Assembly: GCF_009914755.1 (NCBI RefSeq)
Contig: NC_060926.1
DNA from: the human T2T-CHM13v2.0 reference genome, Homo sapiens
Reading direction: 5' to 3' (one strand)
DNA: 64,000 nt
Part shown: one piece after another, positions 1 through 13,810 of the stretch
Layout: the number at the start of each line of letters is the position of its first letter
Position numbering within the stretch: position 1 is the stretch's first letter
Notes under the pieces: model-generated
Seen by the model: the letters and a program-made list of their open reading frames with translations, nothing else
The model's database searches: none
What the model was told of the DNA's origin: nothing
Translations under genes and position numbers: made by a program

Positions 1-795
1 CCAATATATAGCTTGGGCTGTTGCTTCAGAGGGTGTAAGCCCCAAGCATTGGCAGCTTCCATGTGGTGTTGGCCTGTGAGTGCAGAGAAGGCAAGAGTTG
101 AGCCTTGGGAGCCTCTGCCTAGATTTCAGAGGATGTATGGAAATGCATTGATGTTCAGGCAGAACAGAAACAGAGCCCTAATGGAGAACCTCTACTAGCA
201 CAGTGCTGCAGGGAAATGTGGGGTTGGAGTTCCCACACAGAATCCCCACGTGGACACTGCCTAGTGCAGCTGTGAGAAGAGGGTCACTGTCCTGCAGACC
301 CCAGAATGGTAGATCCTCTGGCAACTTGCACTCAGCAGGCACTCAATACTAGCCCATGAAAGCAGCCACAGGGGCTGTACCCTGCAGAGCCACAAGGGTG
401 GAGCTGCCCAAGGCTTTGGGATATTACCTGTTATATCAGTGCACCCTGGATGTGAGACATGTAGTCCAGGAGATTATTTTGAAAGCTTTAAGATTTAATA
501 ACTGCCCTGCTGGGTTTTGGACTTGCATGGGACCTGTATCCCCTTTATTTTGACCAATTTCTCCATTTTTGAATAGAGGCATTTACCCAATTCCTGTATC
601 CTCATTGTATCTTGGAAGTAACTAACTTGTTTTTGATTTTACAGGCTCATAGGCAGAAGGGACTGAGACAAGACTTTGGACTTGGACTTTGAAGTAAAAT
701 GTTGGAATGAATTAAGACTTTGGGGGACTCTTGGGAAGGAATGATTGTATTTTGAAATGTGAGAACATGAGACTTGGAAGGGACCAGGGGCAAAA
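1..795 (+). mobile_element. MaLR (MST/THE1-type) internal sequence, cut by window start
   Basis: Typical MaLR-int text, ending in a purine tract (ggaagggaccaggggcaaaa) immediately before the LTR TG at 796. Confidence 0.85.
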
Positions 796-1178
796 TGACA
801 TGGTTTGGCTCTGTGTCCCCACTCAAATCTCATATGGAATTGTAATTCCCAGTGCTGGGGGAGGGATCTGTTGGGGGTGATTGGATCATGGTGGCAGATT
901 TTTCCCCCTTGCTGTTCTCATGATAGTTAGTGAGTTCTCATGAGATCTGGTTGTTTAAAAGTATGTAGCACTCTCCCTTCACTCTCTCTCCTTCTCCACC
1001 ATATGAAGAATATGCTTGCTTCTCCTTTGCTGTTCTGCCAGGCTTGTAAGTTTCCTGAGGCCTACCTAACCATGTTCCCTGGACAGCCTGTGAAACTGTG
1101 AGTCAATTAAACCTCTTTTCTTCATAAATTACCCAGTCTCAGGTAGTTCTTTATAGAAGTGTGAAAGTGGATTCATAC
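796..1178 (+). mobile_element. MaLR 3' LTR (MSTA/THE1D-like)
   Basis: Starts tgacatggtttggctctgtgtcccc; contains attaaacctcttttcttcataaattacccagtctcaggtag near its end. Confidence 0.9.
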
Positions 1179-1869
1179 TTATAAATTATTTGTTGCATAT
1201 GATTATTAGTTTTAGAACCTGGGTATAAGGAGAACAGTATAGCTTTTAATGGGTTTAAAACATAACCTGTCAACATTTACATGCATTTTCATAGCAAAAC
1301 ATTTCCATTAAAAAATCCTTAAGAAAATAATGGAAGACAGCCAAATTAAAGATACTGTAAGTAGTTTAAGGTGTTTCTGAGATGATTTTAGATGATTGTA
1401 CATTTATTTCTTTTTATAAAAGTAAATGCATAACCTTTCACGGAGGACCTCAGATTAAAATAGGCTGTGTGCATTTATCATTTGGGTTTGGTTTTGCTTT
1501 GTTAGAGCATCCTGCAATTTGCATGTTTTCTTTTAATGGATCAAAAACTTTAATCCTTATACACAATGCTCTGAATATTTTAAATGAGATAAGAGTCTCC
1601 ACTCAAAATAAATATTGTACTATAAATCAGTTGTGATTACATTAGACTTTTACTAACTTTTTAAAATTTATTTTTTATTTGGATTTTTACTACCTATTTG
1701 CTAATGGTACATCCATGCTAAATTGCCTACCCTGATTGTATTATAAACTAAAATTTAGAGCATCTACTAAAAACCACTTCTTTTCAAATCCTGTATCTTA
1801 GTATAACTTTACCTTAACACACAAATGGGTAGATTTTAAAATTATCGTGGTGCATTTACTCTGAGAATA

Positions 1870-2181
1870 TAGTTGGCCATTTGTATCTGTCTGTGGATTC
1901 AACTATGGATTGAAAATATTAGCCAAAAAAACAATAAAAAACAATACAACAATAAAAATAATACAAAATACAGTATAACAACTATTTACACATTATTTAC
2001 AATGTATTAGCTATTATAAGTAATCTAGAGATGATTTAAAGTACATGGAAGAATATGTGTAAAAATTTTAAAATACTGAAAATATGACACCATTTTATTA
2101 TATAAGAGACTTGAGCTTCCGCAGATTTTGGTATCTGCAGGTGTCTGAACCAATGCCCTGTGGATACTGACGGATGACTCT
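1870..2181 (-). mobile_element. MER2-family (TcMar-Tigger) non-autonomous DNA transposon
   Basis: Reverse complement matches the recalled MER2 core (tactttaaatcatctctagattacttataat; gatacCaaaatctgcggaagctcaagtc); degenerate terminal inverted repeats. Confidence 0.8.
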
Positions 2182-3898
2182 ATATACATGCAGTTACATA
2201 CACTTTGCTGTAAGCTGCTCACTACATGATTTTCTAGGTGAATGTACCTGGGAACACACCTGAGCACAAAATATTGTTTTCTAGATGAAGAAGTAGAAGC
2301 TTGGTCACATCTCCTCCAGCCTCTGTTCTTCCAGGTCTTCTCTCTGGGAGAAAGAGCAGCAAACTGGGAGTGAGAAAATTAGAATCTTACCACAGATTGA
2401 TCATTGGTGGACTGCACAAATCACAAATTTTTGTGGTGCCATGTTCTTTACTTATAAAATAAAGACATTGGAAAAATTAATTTTATATATCTGCTTTATG
2501 TTATGTGGTTTCACTTAATATGGTTTTCTTACAGTTATAGTCTCATAATTTTAATATGGTTTTATTTTGTTTGTGTAGACAAAGTAATTTATAGCCCCTG
2601 TTTTATTAATAGGGAAGAAAAACACAAGTTTATTGAAATGGTTCATCTAAACATCAGCAGGTATATAAGTGAAAATTTAACAAAAATCTCTAGACTGTTC
2701 CAAGCTCTAATCCAAACTGTAAAATAAATGAAGCAGCAAGTCTATCCTCTTCCATTTCTGCATTCTTTCTCCCCCTCATCTCAAAACATCTTCACTAGAT
2801 GCCCAGGAAGAACTCAGTCACAAAAATTTGTTTTAAGTTATTTTTACTTAATTGGTGGGAGCACAAAATAAATATTAACTTAAATGTGCTTTAAATTTGT
2901 ATGGCCATAGGAAGTATAATAATAACAACAATATAAAGAAGAAGGAGGAAAGAAAGAAAGAGAGAAAAACAAAGAAAGAAAGGAAGAAAGAAGCAAAAAG
3001 CCTATTACCTCTATGCTATACATTATTCAGTTAGCAGCAGTTATTGAAATGATTGTAGCTCCTGCACTAGATAGCTGTTGGGTATCCATGTCTTCAAAAG
3101 TTTTTTTTCACTTCCAAAATCAGCTCTTCACCTTTCCTTACCTCTGGTGATATTTATGCTTGGCCTGATTATCTGTGCTTCCTTCAGATTTATTGCTGGT
3201 CTCTTAGACTTTAGGTCAAACGTGATCTAAACTTGGAAAGCAGTTGATTTTCTTTCATCCTTGACTTTTGTCTAAGGCTAGTTTATTTCATTTCCCAAGG
3301 CATGGCTTTCTATATATTGTTTGATTGTTTGGCATTCTGTTCCAGGTTCATTTATTTCAGACATAGAATGGAGAAAAATTAAAACTTGAAGACATTTTTA
3401 AAAATATAAAGTTTTCATAGCAAGAAAATTAATAAGTGATGTTGCCTCCATATTTCATTTCTATCATATTGCCTGTACTGTTGTCCAGATACTTACATAG
3501 CACTGGTCAGAGTAATTAGGTGATTATAACCACAAGCTTTGGTTTTGTTGTCAGAGTCCTATTTACTAGCAAAATGATTAAACTAGTTGATAACCTAGAA
3601 CTTAGAATTCACATGTATATGAACACAAATATCTTGCATTGAGTATTTTAGTGAACCTCTGGTAAAGACTGAGCTTAAGTGAAGAGAAGAATGGAATTCC
3701 AGGAACTATTGTGGTTCATGTGGGAAAACCACTTGGGGAAGGGACTCTGCTCAGCACTCAGAGGTCACTCATGTAGACATAGAATTGGTAGTGCCTGTAC
3801 AGATGAGTCTGCAACACCTTCCACAGTCTTCTTTACTGAGGCCTGAAACACCTTTAAACAAAACAGAGCTTCATTCAGTGGTGAAAAATGATGCTGGG

Positions 3899-4437
3899 CA
3901 ATCCCATTACTAAGTATTTACGCAAAGGATTATACATCATTCTACTATAAAAACACATGCACATGTATGTCTATTGCAGCACTATTTACAATAGCAAAGA
4001 CTTGGAACCAAGCCAAATGTCCATCAATGAGAGACTGGATAAAGAAAATGTGGCACATATACACCATGGAATACTATGTAGTCATAAAAAAGAATGAGTT
4101 TATGTCCTTTGCAGGGACATGGATGAAGCTGGAAACCATCATCCTCAGCAAACTAACACAGGAACAGACAACCAAACACCACATATTCTCACTCATAAGT
4201 GGGAGTTGAACAATGAGAACACATGGACACAGGGAGGGGAACATCACACACCGGGGTCTGTTGGGGGGTGGGGGAAAGGGGAGGGAGAGCATTAGGACAA
4301 ATCCCCAAAGCATGTGGGGTTTAAAACCTAGATGACAGGCTGATAGGTGCAGCAAACCACCATGACGCATGTATACCTATGTAACAAACCTTCACGTTCA
4401 GCACATGTATCTCAGAACCTAAAGTAAAATTAAAAAA
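3899..4437 (+). mobile_element. 5'-truncated L1 3' end (L1PA7/8-like)
   Basis: ORF2 C-terminal remnant (IAALFTIAKTWNQ..CPS..DWIKKMWHIYTMEYY), 3'UTR G-tract and poly(A); TSD aaaaatga(t/g)gctggg at 3884-3898 and 4438-4452. Confidence 0.95.
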
Positions 4438-4590
4438 AAAAATGAGGCTGGGGCTGATGGGGCCTGAGGACATACCTGAGTGCCCACTGAAATGTAAATA
4501 ACTGTTGGCTCCTTAAGAAATAGTTATTGAGGGCCTTCTCTTTGCAAAGAAACTTTCTGAATACTTGGGATATAAGCTGAAAAAGAAAAT

Positions 4591-4872
<282 letters not shown>

Positions 4873-4933
4873 TCAAGTTCCCTGCTCTCCTAGGATTGTA
4901 TCCTAACAGCAGAGATAAACAATAAATTAATTA

Positions 4934-5311
<378 letters not shown>

Positions 5312-7334
5312 CTAATGTTTTCATCTTGCAAATATTCACTCATTTAATTATCACAACTCTGTAAGGTAAGTACTCTTGCAACTTTAATCATGAGGTTGTT
5401 GAACCACAGGGAAATTAAATCATTGTCAATGTTACACAGCTAACAAAGACTAAAGCTGTAATGTAAACCTGGGTTAATCTAGCTCTACAGCCAACAGGGT
5501 AATATGACAGTGACTGGGGGTGATGTTCAGGAAAGAGGTTGGAGGAAGCATCAAAGACAGACACACAGGTATCTGGGGGAAAAACTTCTCAAATAGAGGA
5601 AGTCATGAGTGCAAAACTGGAACCAATAACAGATTGTCTCGTGACAATCTGTTATTAAGTTTTGTTGTCTGTAGTTTGTAGTTTTCAGGAGTCAAGGAGA
5701 GGGCATGAGGCACTTGGCTGAGGGAGTAGGATGGAGTTAGAGATTCCTGGGGTCTCTGGAAAACCACTTCACAATTTTACCAAGGCTAGCCTAATCCGTC
5801 TCATATCCCAATGGACATTTTAGTGCCTCTTTCTCTGCACAAAATTCAGTTTACTCCTTAATTTACTCCTTAATTTCCATTTGAAATCCAGTAGTTTATC
5901 TTAACCGCCTGGAAAGAGAGCTAAGGGAAAGATCTATGAATGAAGATAAAGTGTTACACACTAGAAGAAACGAGTCCTGAATACCTGAAGAATCAGTGCT
6001 GTGTTCCTAGGCAAGCTGCCTGACTTCTGAGCTTCGATTTCCTGATCTGTTTAATGAAGGGGTTAGACTAGATTATCTCCAAAATCCTGTTTCTATATTT
6101 AAATTTGACCTCATAATAATGGTCAGCCACATAGAGAGTACTACAGAACAATTAAATTGAAATTTTATCCTAGAGCACCTTAAATTTAATTTATAGTCAA
6201 CCTAGTGTTAAAAAATCAGGACATGGAGGAATATAATTGTGAATTTATTATTTTGTTGACTATCAAGTTTTGAGAGTGTTAGGTCCTCATGTTTTACTTC
6301 AGTAATCAATTTCTCGTGACCACTTCACATGCCTTAAAATTCCCTCAGATTGCTATACTTGAATTAACTAAATGAAGTGAGGAAATAGACTTGGAGAATA
6401 TATTGTAGGCTGCAGCTGTCATTTGTTTCTTCCACTGTTCTCTAATTACTGATGGGTATTTTCAAATACATATTAACTCTGTGTGAGCTTAAAGAAAACT
6501 ACAGCGTCCCCATTTAGGTGAAACGGGCTATAGTATTTTATGTGACAGAAGCTGAAAAAGTGGGCAAGACTTGGCTCAGCATCAAGGAAGCCAGTCACTG
6601 AAAACCAGCCTGCCCCCAAACCTGAAGGACATCATCTCCTAAACTCTGTTTTAAATATTTCCATTAGGCAGGTTCTGTTTCCACCTGCAATCCCCTCCTT
6701 TCTTACTTTCCCCCAAATCCTATCTGCCCAATACACTCATACTTACTTTTGAATTTTTATCTCTTTGTTGCAGATACTGCCAACTTGGTAATGCATTGGA
6801 GGTATTTCTATTTCACAAATCCTGCTGACCCAGCCTTCTCATTTTAAAAATAAGTGGAAACCCACAGATTCCAAAGGCTCTTCTTTCAGGGGGTGTTTTG
6901 TGAAGATAGGATTTTACATTTCCTCTAAAATCACCATATAAAATTATTGTAAAAATAGTGTACACCTATTGGGGAGAACTAAGCAACACAGACATTTATT
7001 TTTAAATAAAAAATAGACAAATGCCAAATATAAACAAAATTATGCTATTTATTTCCGTAATATGCATTTTCCTCTACATGTAATAGTTGCATAGCCTTAG
7101 ACATCACTTAAATTCTGTTTGCCTCAATATTCTAATTTTTTAAATGAGAAGAATTAAAGTGCCTATCTCTTAAAATTAGTGTAGTGATTGAACGATTCAG
7201 TTAATGTAAGTAGGGCACATAATAAACATTGTGTATGTGCTTGCTATTACTGTTGTTATTGTGAATATTATGTTTATGCAAAAGCATTGTATTTATGCAC
7301 ATGTTCTAAAAGTTACTATTTCCTAGGTAATACA

Positions 7335-7800
7335 ATTATTCAATAAATTTTAGTTCAGGAACTCTTATACAAGACACTGATCCATATGCTGGGATGCAAA
7401 GATGAACAAGCACATACAAGGTTCTTATTCTCATGGGCTTGCATCTTAGTAAGGAGAAACTAATAAAATTACCAGTAGTAAGAATATATCCTACATACGT
7501 GTGTGTAAACAACATCATTCAAATGGTGGTACATATTTGCAATGAAATGTATCCAGTCGATGTAATAATAAGTGACTGGTGGCTTTCATTTTTAGACTGA
7601 AGGATCAGGAAGAAAATACGCATAGAGAAAGGACAGAGAGCCAAGATTGAGATCTGGAGCTTTCTAACATTTAGAACTTAATCAGAGGAGAGAGTCAGCA
7701 AAAGAGACCAGGAGAAAGAAGTCATTGAAATAAGAGGAAAAACAGAATAATCCAATGTCATGAAAGACAGGATGAAACAGTATTTCAGGTGAAATAGTAA
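7335..7800 (-). mobile_element. L2 fragment
   Basis: Purine-rich + strand with degenerate L2 3'-end motifs. Confidence 0.55.
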
Positions 7801-7917
7801 AGGAAGTTAAACGGCCACTCATGAACTAATGGGTGACTTGGCAAAGGCAGACCTATTACTGATTATCTTTCCAAGTACTTTCTTATTACTATTATTACAT
7901 CTATTAAAATATCAGTT

Positions 7918-8330
7918 ATGGTGTTATGTAGCACATTTTCTTTATCTAGTCTATCATTGATGGGGATACTATGCAGACATAAAAAGGAATGAGACCGTGT
8001 CCTTTGCAGAGACATGGATGGAGCTGGAAACCATTATCCTCAGCAAACTAACACAGGAACAGAAAACCAAGCACTGTATGTTCTCACTTGTAAGTGGGAT
8101 CTGAACAATGAGAACACATGGACACAGGGAGGGGAACAATAGACACTGGGGTCTGTCAGGGGGTGGGGGTAGGGAGAGCATTAGGAAAAATAGCTAATTC
8201 TTGCTGAGCTTAATACCTAGGTGATGGGTTGATAGGTGCAGCAAACCACCATGCCACATGTTTACCTGTGTAATAAAACTGCGCATTCTGCACATGTACC
8301 CCAGAACTTAAAATAAAAATAAAAATTAAA
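7918..8330 (+). mobile_element. L1PA (~L1PA10-like) 3' end with short 5' inversion
   Basis: 7918-7964 is antisense L1, 7966-8330 is sense L1 with A tail; degenerate TSD aaatatcagtt / aaagatcagct. Confidence 0.9.
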
Positions 8331-9108
8331 GATCAGCTAGCATTTATTGATACTTATTAAATTCTAAATGTAGTTATTTTACATAGGCTTTTACATATAA
8401 CTAATTTAATCTTCAAAATAAATGTGTGAGTTTATACTATCATTATTGTCATTTTCAGATAAAGAAATTGAGGCAGCGAGAAATTATGTATCTTTCCCAT
8501 TGTCACACAGTTAGGTTACAGGGTAAGCAGTACACCAGCCCAGTGATTCCTTCTCAGAGCTAATGCTCTTGCCCTCCTCACAATACCCACATTCACATAA
8601 ATGAATATAGATTTATATTATAATTTTAATTGTTATGTAATAACTTATCTTTCAAGCTCTTGTTTTTAGACATATAGGAAGTTTTAACATTTTTGCTATT
8701 CCAAACCATGAATAGTCTCAAATATATAGTCTGGCACACTTATCATGTCCTGAAAGTAAAATTATTGTTTCAAAGGCTGTGCACGTTAAAAAATTGAAAC
8801 TGTATCAGATTTCCTCACATTTTGGTTGCGTGCATTTACACAACCATTCATTTCTCCACATGTATGCCAGCATGAGCTATTATGAAAAACTAAGAGCCAT
8901 TCTTGATTTAATTTTCATTTTATTACTATAAGGTTAAACATATTTTTTGTATGTATTTGCCATTTCAATTTCTTATTTATGATTGACCCATTCCTTTTCT
9001 TTGTCCTTGTTAGTACTATGGTGTTTAGTTCTTGTTTATTTATAATAAAATATAGAAATATGTAACTGTTAACTTTATTTATAATCTTTTCCTACTTAAA
9101 TGTTTTAC

Positions 9109-9699
9109 ATTGTTAAGAATAATAACCTCCAGCTCCATCCATGTTCCCACAAAAGAAATTATTTTATTATTTTTCGTTGTCGCATTGTATTCCATGATGT
9201 ATATGTAGCTCATTTTCTTTATCCAATCTGTCGTTGATGGGTGTTTAGGTTGATTCCATGACTTTGCTATTGTGAATAGTGATGCAATGGACATTCACTT
9301 GCATATATCTTTACGGTAGAATGATCTATATTCCTCGGAGTATATACCCAGTAATGAGACTGCTGGGTCGAATGGTAACTCTGCTCTTAGCTCTTTGAGG
9401 AATCACCCTACTGCATTGCACAGTGGTTGAACTAATGGAGGAACGGAAAGCCAAATACCACATGTTCTCACTTATAAGTGGGAGCTAAATGATGAGGACT
9501 CATGAACACAAAGAAGGGAACGACAGTTACTGGGGTCTACTTGAGGGAGATGAACACAAGAAAATTATTGGGTACTGGGCTTAATATCTGGGTGATGAAA
9601 TAATCTGTACAACAAACCCCCATGACATGAGTTTACCAATATAATCAACCTTCACATGAACCCACGAACCTAAAATAAAGGTTAAAAATAAATTTTAAA
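9109..9699 (+). mobile_element. Older L1PA (L1PA13-16-like) 3' end with ~330-bp 5' inversion
   Basis: 9109-9436 is antisense ORF2 C-terminus, 9437-9699 is sense 3'UTR; TSD aaatgttttac at 9098-9108 and 9700-9710. Confidence 0.9.
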
Positions 9700-9859
9700 A
9701 AATGTTTTACGCTTTTATGTATTCAGTTTTCTTTATTATCACTTAGTTTTTTCAAACTTTGTCTTTAGTTATCTTTAGATGGGCCATCTCCACTCTAAGA
9801 TCATATTAAAGTTTCTTTTAGTAAATTAGTGTTTTTATATACAAATGTTTCAGATGTCT

Positions 9860-10208
9860 GGAGCTAAATTGTTCAATATGGTAGCCATTATTTACATGTG
9901 CATGTTAAATTTAAATTAATTAAAATAAAATCTAAAATGTGGTTCCTCGGTCATATTAACCAAAGTTTAAGTGCTCAATAGCCACGTGTAGCTAGTGGCT
10001 ATTATATTATATTTTATTTTCTCAGGGACTAGGTCTCCTTACGCTACCCAGGCTGGCCTTGAATTCCTGGGCTCAAGCAATCCTCTTGCCTGAGCTTCCC
10101 AAGTAGGCTGACTACAGGTTCACGCTACTGCATCAGGCTGATGGTTATTATTTTCGACAGTGCAGATATATACCGTTTTCATCATCAGATAAATTTATTT
10201 GAACAGTT
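9860..10208. mobile_element. MER3/MER33-like hAT-Charlie element interrupted by an antisense Alu monomer (FAM/FLAM, ~10007-10139)
   Basis: aagtgctcaatagccacgtgtagctagtggcta motif; monomer flanked by tggctattat / tggttattat. Confidence 0.7.
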
Positions 10209-10278
10209 TTTCTCAAATGTTAATATGTACCCCCAATCACCTAGGCATATGTTATAATGCAGATCCTTACTCGAATAA

Positions 10279-10426
10279 TGTTATGGACTACATGTTTGTG
10301 TCCCCCCAAATTCATATGTTGAAACCCTAAATTCTCAAGTGATGGTATTTGGAGATGGGACCTTGAGGAGGTAATTAGGTCATGGGGTAGAGCCCTTATG
10401 ATGGGATTAGTGACTTTATGAGAGCT

Positions 10427-10489
<63 letters not shown>

Positions 10490-10655
10490 CCCACCCCATA
10501 TGAGGACACCAGAAAGAGAGTCTTCACCAGAACCCAAGCATGTTGGCATTCTGAACTCAGACCTCCACTCTCTAGAACTGTGATAAATTAATTTCTGTTA
10601 TTTAAGCCACCTAGTCTATGACATTTTGTCATAGCAGCCTGAACAGACTAAGACA
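10279..10655 (+). mobile_element. MLT1A0-like LTR containing a (CT)n microsatellite (~10429-10487), inserted in a MER5-like remnant
   Basis: tgttatggactacatgtttgtgtcccccc start; agcagcctgaacagactaagaca end. Confidence 0.85.
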
Positions 10656-11135
10656 GGCATTTTGGGGAAAGACCCAAATTGCGTATTTAATGAGCTGGTG
10701 CTGTAGGTTCTTAGACCACATTTTGTGTTGCAAGTGTCTAGATTTATTTTTATGTAAGGAACTGTGAAAATTCATTGTGTATGTGTACATTTCTCTGTTT
10801 TTCAATTTTATTATTTATTGATATGCAATGACATATTTATATGCTAAATATCTACAGTTGTATATATTTTCCCTGCACTTTCTAACCTCTTCTATAGATT
10901 CACAATCAAGTCTTGTGCCATACTACAATAAAATCAAAAAAGCTTTGCAGGATGTTTTAATATTTAGTCAAGCACATCTCTGCCAATAGCTTTTCAAGGC
11001 CTACCAAACAGTTTTATTTAAATTGGAATTTCATTCACTCTAGTGAATTTAGTAAGAAGTAATTATTTATTAAATTTATTCTTCCTATTCAAGAACAAGG
11101 AATTCCTATAATTTCCCATATCTTTTTTATGTCTC

Positions 11136-11570
11136 TGTTTTGAATTGAATCTTTGTGTCTGTCCCAAAATCCATACACTGGAGCTCTACTCCCCAGCGTG
11201 ATGGTATTCGGAGGTGGGGCCTTTGGGAGGGAATACAGTTTAGAAGAGGTCAAAAGAGTGGGGCCCCTGTCATGGGATTAGTGTCCTTGTAAAGAGAGGA
11301 AGAGTCTCTCTGTCTCTCTACTCTCTCTTCTCTCTCTTCTCTCTCTCTGTCTCTCTCCCCCTCCCTCCTTCCCTCCCTCCCTCCCATGTGAGGACACACA
11401 GCCAGAAGGTACAATTTGCAAGCCAGCAAAGAATCCCTGACCAGAAGCCAAATCTGCCAGCACCTTGATCTTGGAGTATCCAAGCTCCAGAACTGTGAAA
11501 AATAAAATTCTGTTATTTAAGCCACTCAGTCGATTGTATCTTGTTTTCAAAGCCTGAGTTGACTAAAACA
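11136..11570 (+). mobile_element. MLT1A-like solo LTR
   Basis: TG...CA ends, gtctc/gtatc TSD, aataaaattctgttatttaagccac motif. Confidence 0.85.
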
Positions 11571-13597
11571 GTATCTTAGAAGAATCTTACTGTTTTCTCT
11601 AAATATGATCCTTATGTTCATATATTCAGTTGGTCTTCCTATGGAGCAATTTTATTATTTCTAGTAAGTTTCAAACTGGTTATTTTGCATTTTTAGTTAG
11701 AAAAACTATGGAGTCCCTTTGGAAATATTTTTCTTCCTCACTTACTTGGAGTTTAGTTTGGTTACTTGTATATTTAAATTTCCATTTATACTTTTATTTT
11801 AAAAAAAGACAATCTCATGTTCATTATATGGATACGTTTGAATTTTCTACTTGTGCAGAATATGTCACCAGATGAGATATGTAGTCATGCATTCATTCAA
11901 TAAATCCCTACCACTGGCTAGATGCAATCAGTAAGCTGGGGCCATGCGAACAGAAAGGAAGGGCTCCACTCTTAAGGACTCTTAGGCAAAAACATTTGAA
12001 CAATGAAATAGGAATATTTGGTAGAGTATAAAAAATTCATGATTTTATTTTTAATTATACTGGATATTTCATAATACAGAGAGCAAGCATCCAGTTTGAA
12101 TGTGGTAAATTAGGACAAACTATGAGAGTAAGACATACTTGACTTTTGAAAAGTATAGATATTGTTCATGCAAAGAAGAGAGATGGTTGGTTGGAGTGTG
12201 GGTGTGTGATTCACTAGAATATATGGATCCTTGTTTAGAAATATTTTTATCATTTTTAGTATAGCGATGAATACATTGATGGTATTTCTGAAATCTTTAC
12301 TGGAAAATATCTGTTGGACAAAACAATGGAGGGATGTTTGGATCTATTCCTAAGTCTCTTGCCAGGGGAATATTTCATTTATTGTCAGTTTTCCCCCTTG
12401 GCACTGTAAAAGTAGTTTTTTGTGTGTATTATTAGACCATAAATCTTTTACTTTTTCTTTCTGTTTTAGCTACTGAGTATGCTGGATCTTGGAGCACCCA
12501 TATCACCATTTGCTGCCCCACGACCCCTAAGTCATATGTGCAACTTCTGTCGACATCTACATTGTTATAGGCAAAAATCATGAGGAGCATATGGTTTTCA
12601 TTCTACCAAGACTTTCATTTCACACTGTTACCAGAAGGGTTAGAAATCCTGATTGGATGGGAAGGAGATTAGCTTTTTCCTTAGTGGAATAATTTCATTT
12701 TAACAGAGGGGTCACCTTCCTAAGCTAAATGTGAAAAGAATAATAGAAAGAGTACAGATCATGGAAAAAAAAAAAAAACTAGAAAGGCTTTGTAGTAAAT
12801 TTTGATATGACTTCAGAGAGTTCATCCTCACTTCATGTATTTGAATAAACCCTTTAAAATTTAGGTAACTAAATTATTCTATTTCAATTCTCACTTTTCT
12901 CATTTACGTCACTTTTATACAACAAGCACTTTCCACCATCTGGCTGATGTATAGAATAAGAAGCATTTTCAGGGCGCTGACTCGTCTGGTCTATCCAAGT
13001 TCACTGAAGGGACCTATTTAACCCCCAAAGCATCAAACTCTATTAATACAGTGTAACCAAAAGAGCTAAACTCTACCCTGACTAAAGAACTTTAAAAGAA
13101 ATATCAAGTCATCAGGTATCTCAATGACTTGTTTCTTATTGACATCAATAAGATGTCTATTCAATAGAGTAGAAATAGAATAGAAACATCCATGTATTTT
13201 ATAAAGATGCACAAGAAATAAACCAATACATGAGTATAATTTGAGCTTTTTAAATATCTCTATACCTTTATTCCCGATATGAGGATTTTTAACTTAAATT
13301 TTGTCCAACGCACTTTTCTCCAGATACTATTGAAATGAGTAGAGGTGCGTTCTGCATTTGGCTCTAAGATGATTTGCAAGAGTAAAGATGCTTTGCTGTT
13401 TCATTCAGTGAGACCTAAAGTAGTTCTGGGGTCCTTCTCAGCACGATCCTCAAAGGTTCTATAAACTCCTATACACTAATATGTCTCCAGAGAATATATT
13501 GCCCTGTCAGTGACATTGACACCTAGAATGAGGAAAGTGTGGGATTGAGAAAATGGGATTGGTAAAATGTGATGATTCTCAAGCCCTATTCTGTAAT

Positions 13598-13810
13598 ATA
13601 AAGAGAAAAAGAAAGAAAAAGAAAAAGGCAGGGAGGCAGGAAAGTAGGAAGGAAGGAAGGAAGTAAAGAAGGAAAAGAGGAAGGAAAGAAGGAAGGGAGA
13701 AAGGGAGGGAGGGATGAAGCAAGGAATGAAGGAAAGAAAGAAGAAACAAAACAAGGAAGGAAAGGGGAGGGAGGAGAGGGAGGAAGGAAGGAAGGAAGGA
13801 AAGAAAAAGA
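13598..13810. repeat. GA-rich / (GGAA)n low-complexity tract
   Basis: ~200 bp almost entirely purine, ending in ggaaggaaggaaggaaggaa. Confidence 0.9.

Noticed and set aside
3967-4209. ORF resembling L1 ORF2p (also 9079-9294)
   Set aside because: C-terminal remnants of truncated, inactive L1 copies.
5850-5876. 12-bp tandem duplication tttactccttaa x2
   Set aside because: Ordinary slippage event with no sign of function.
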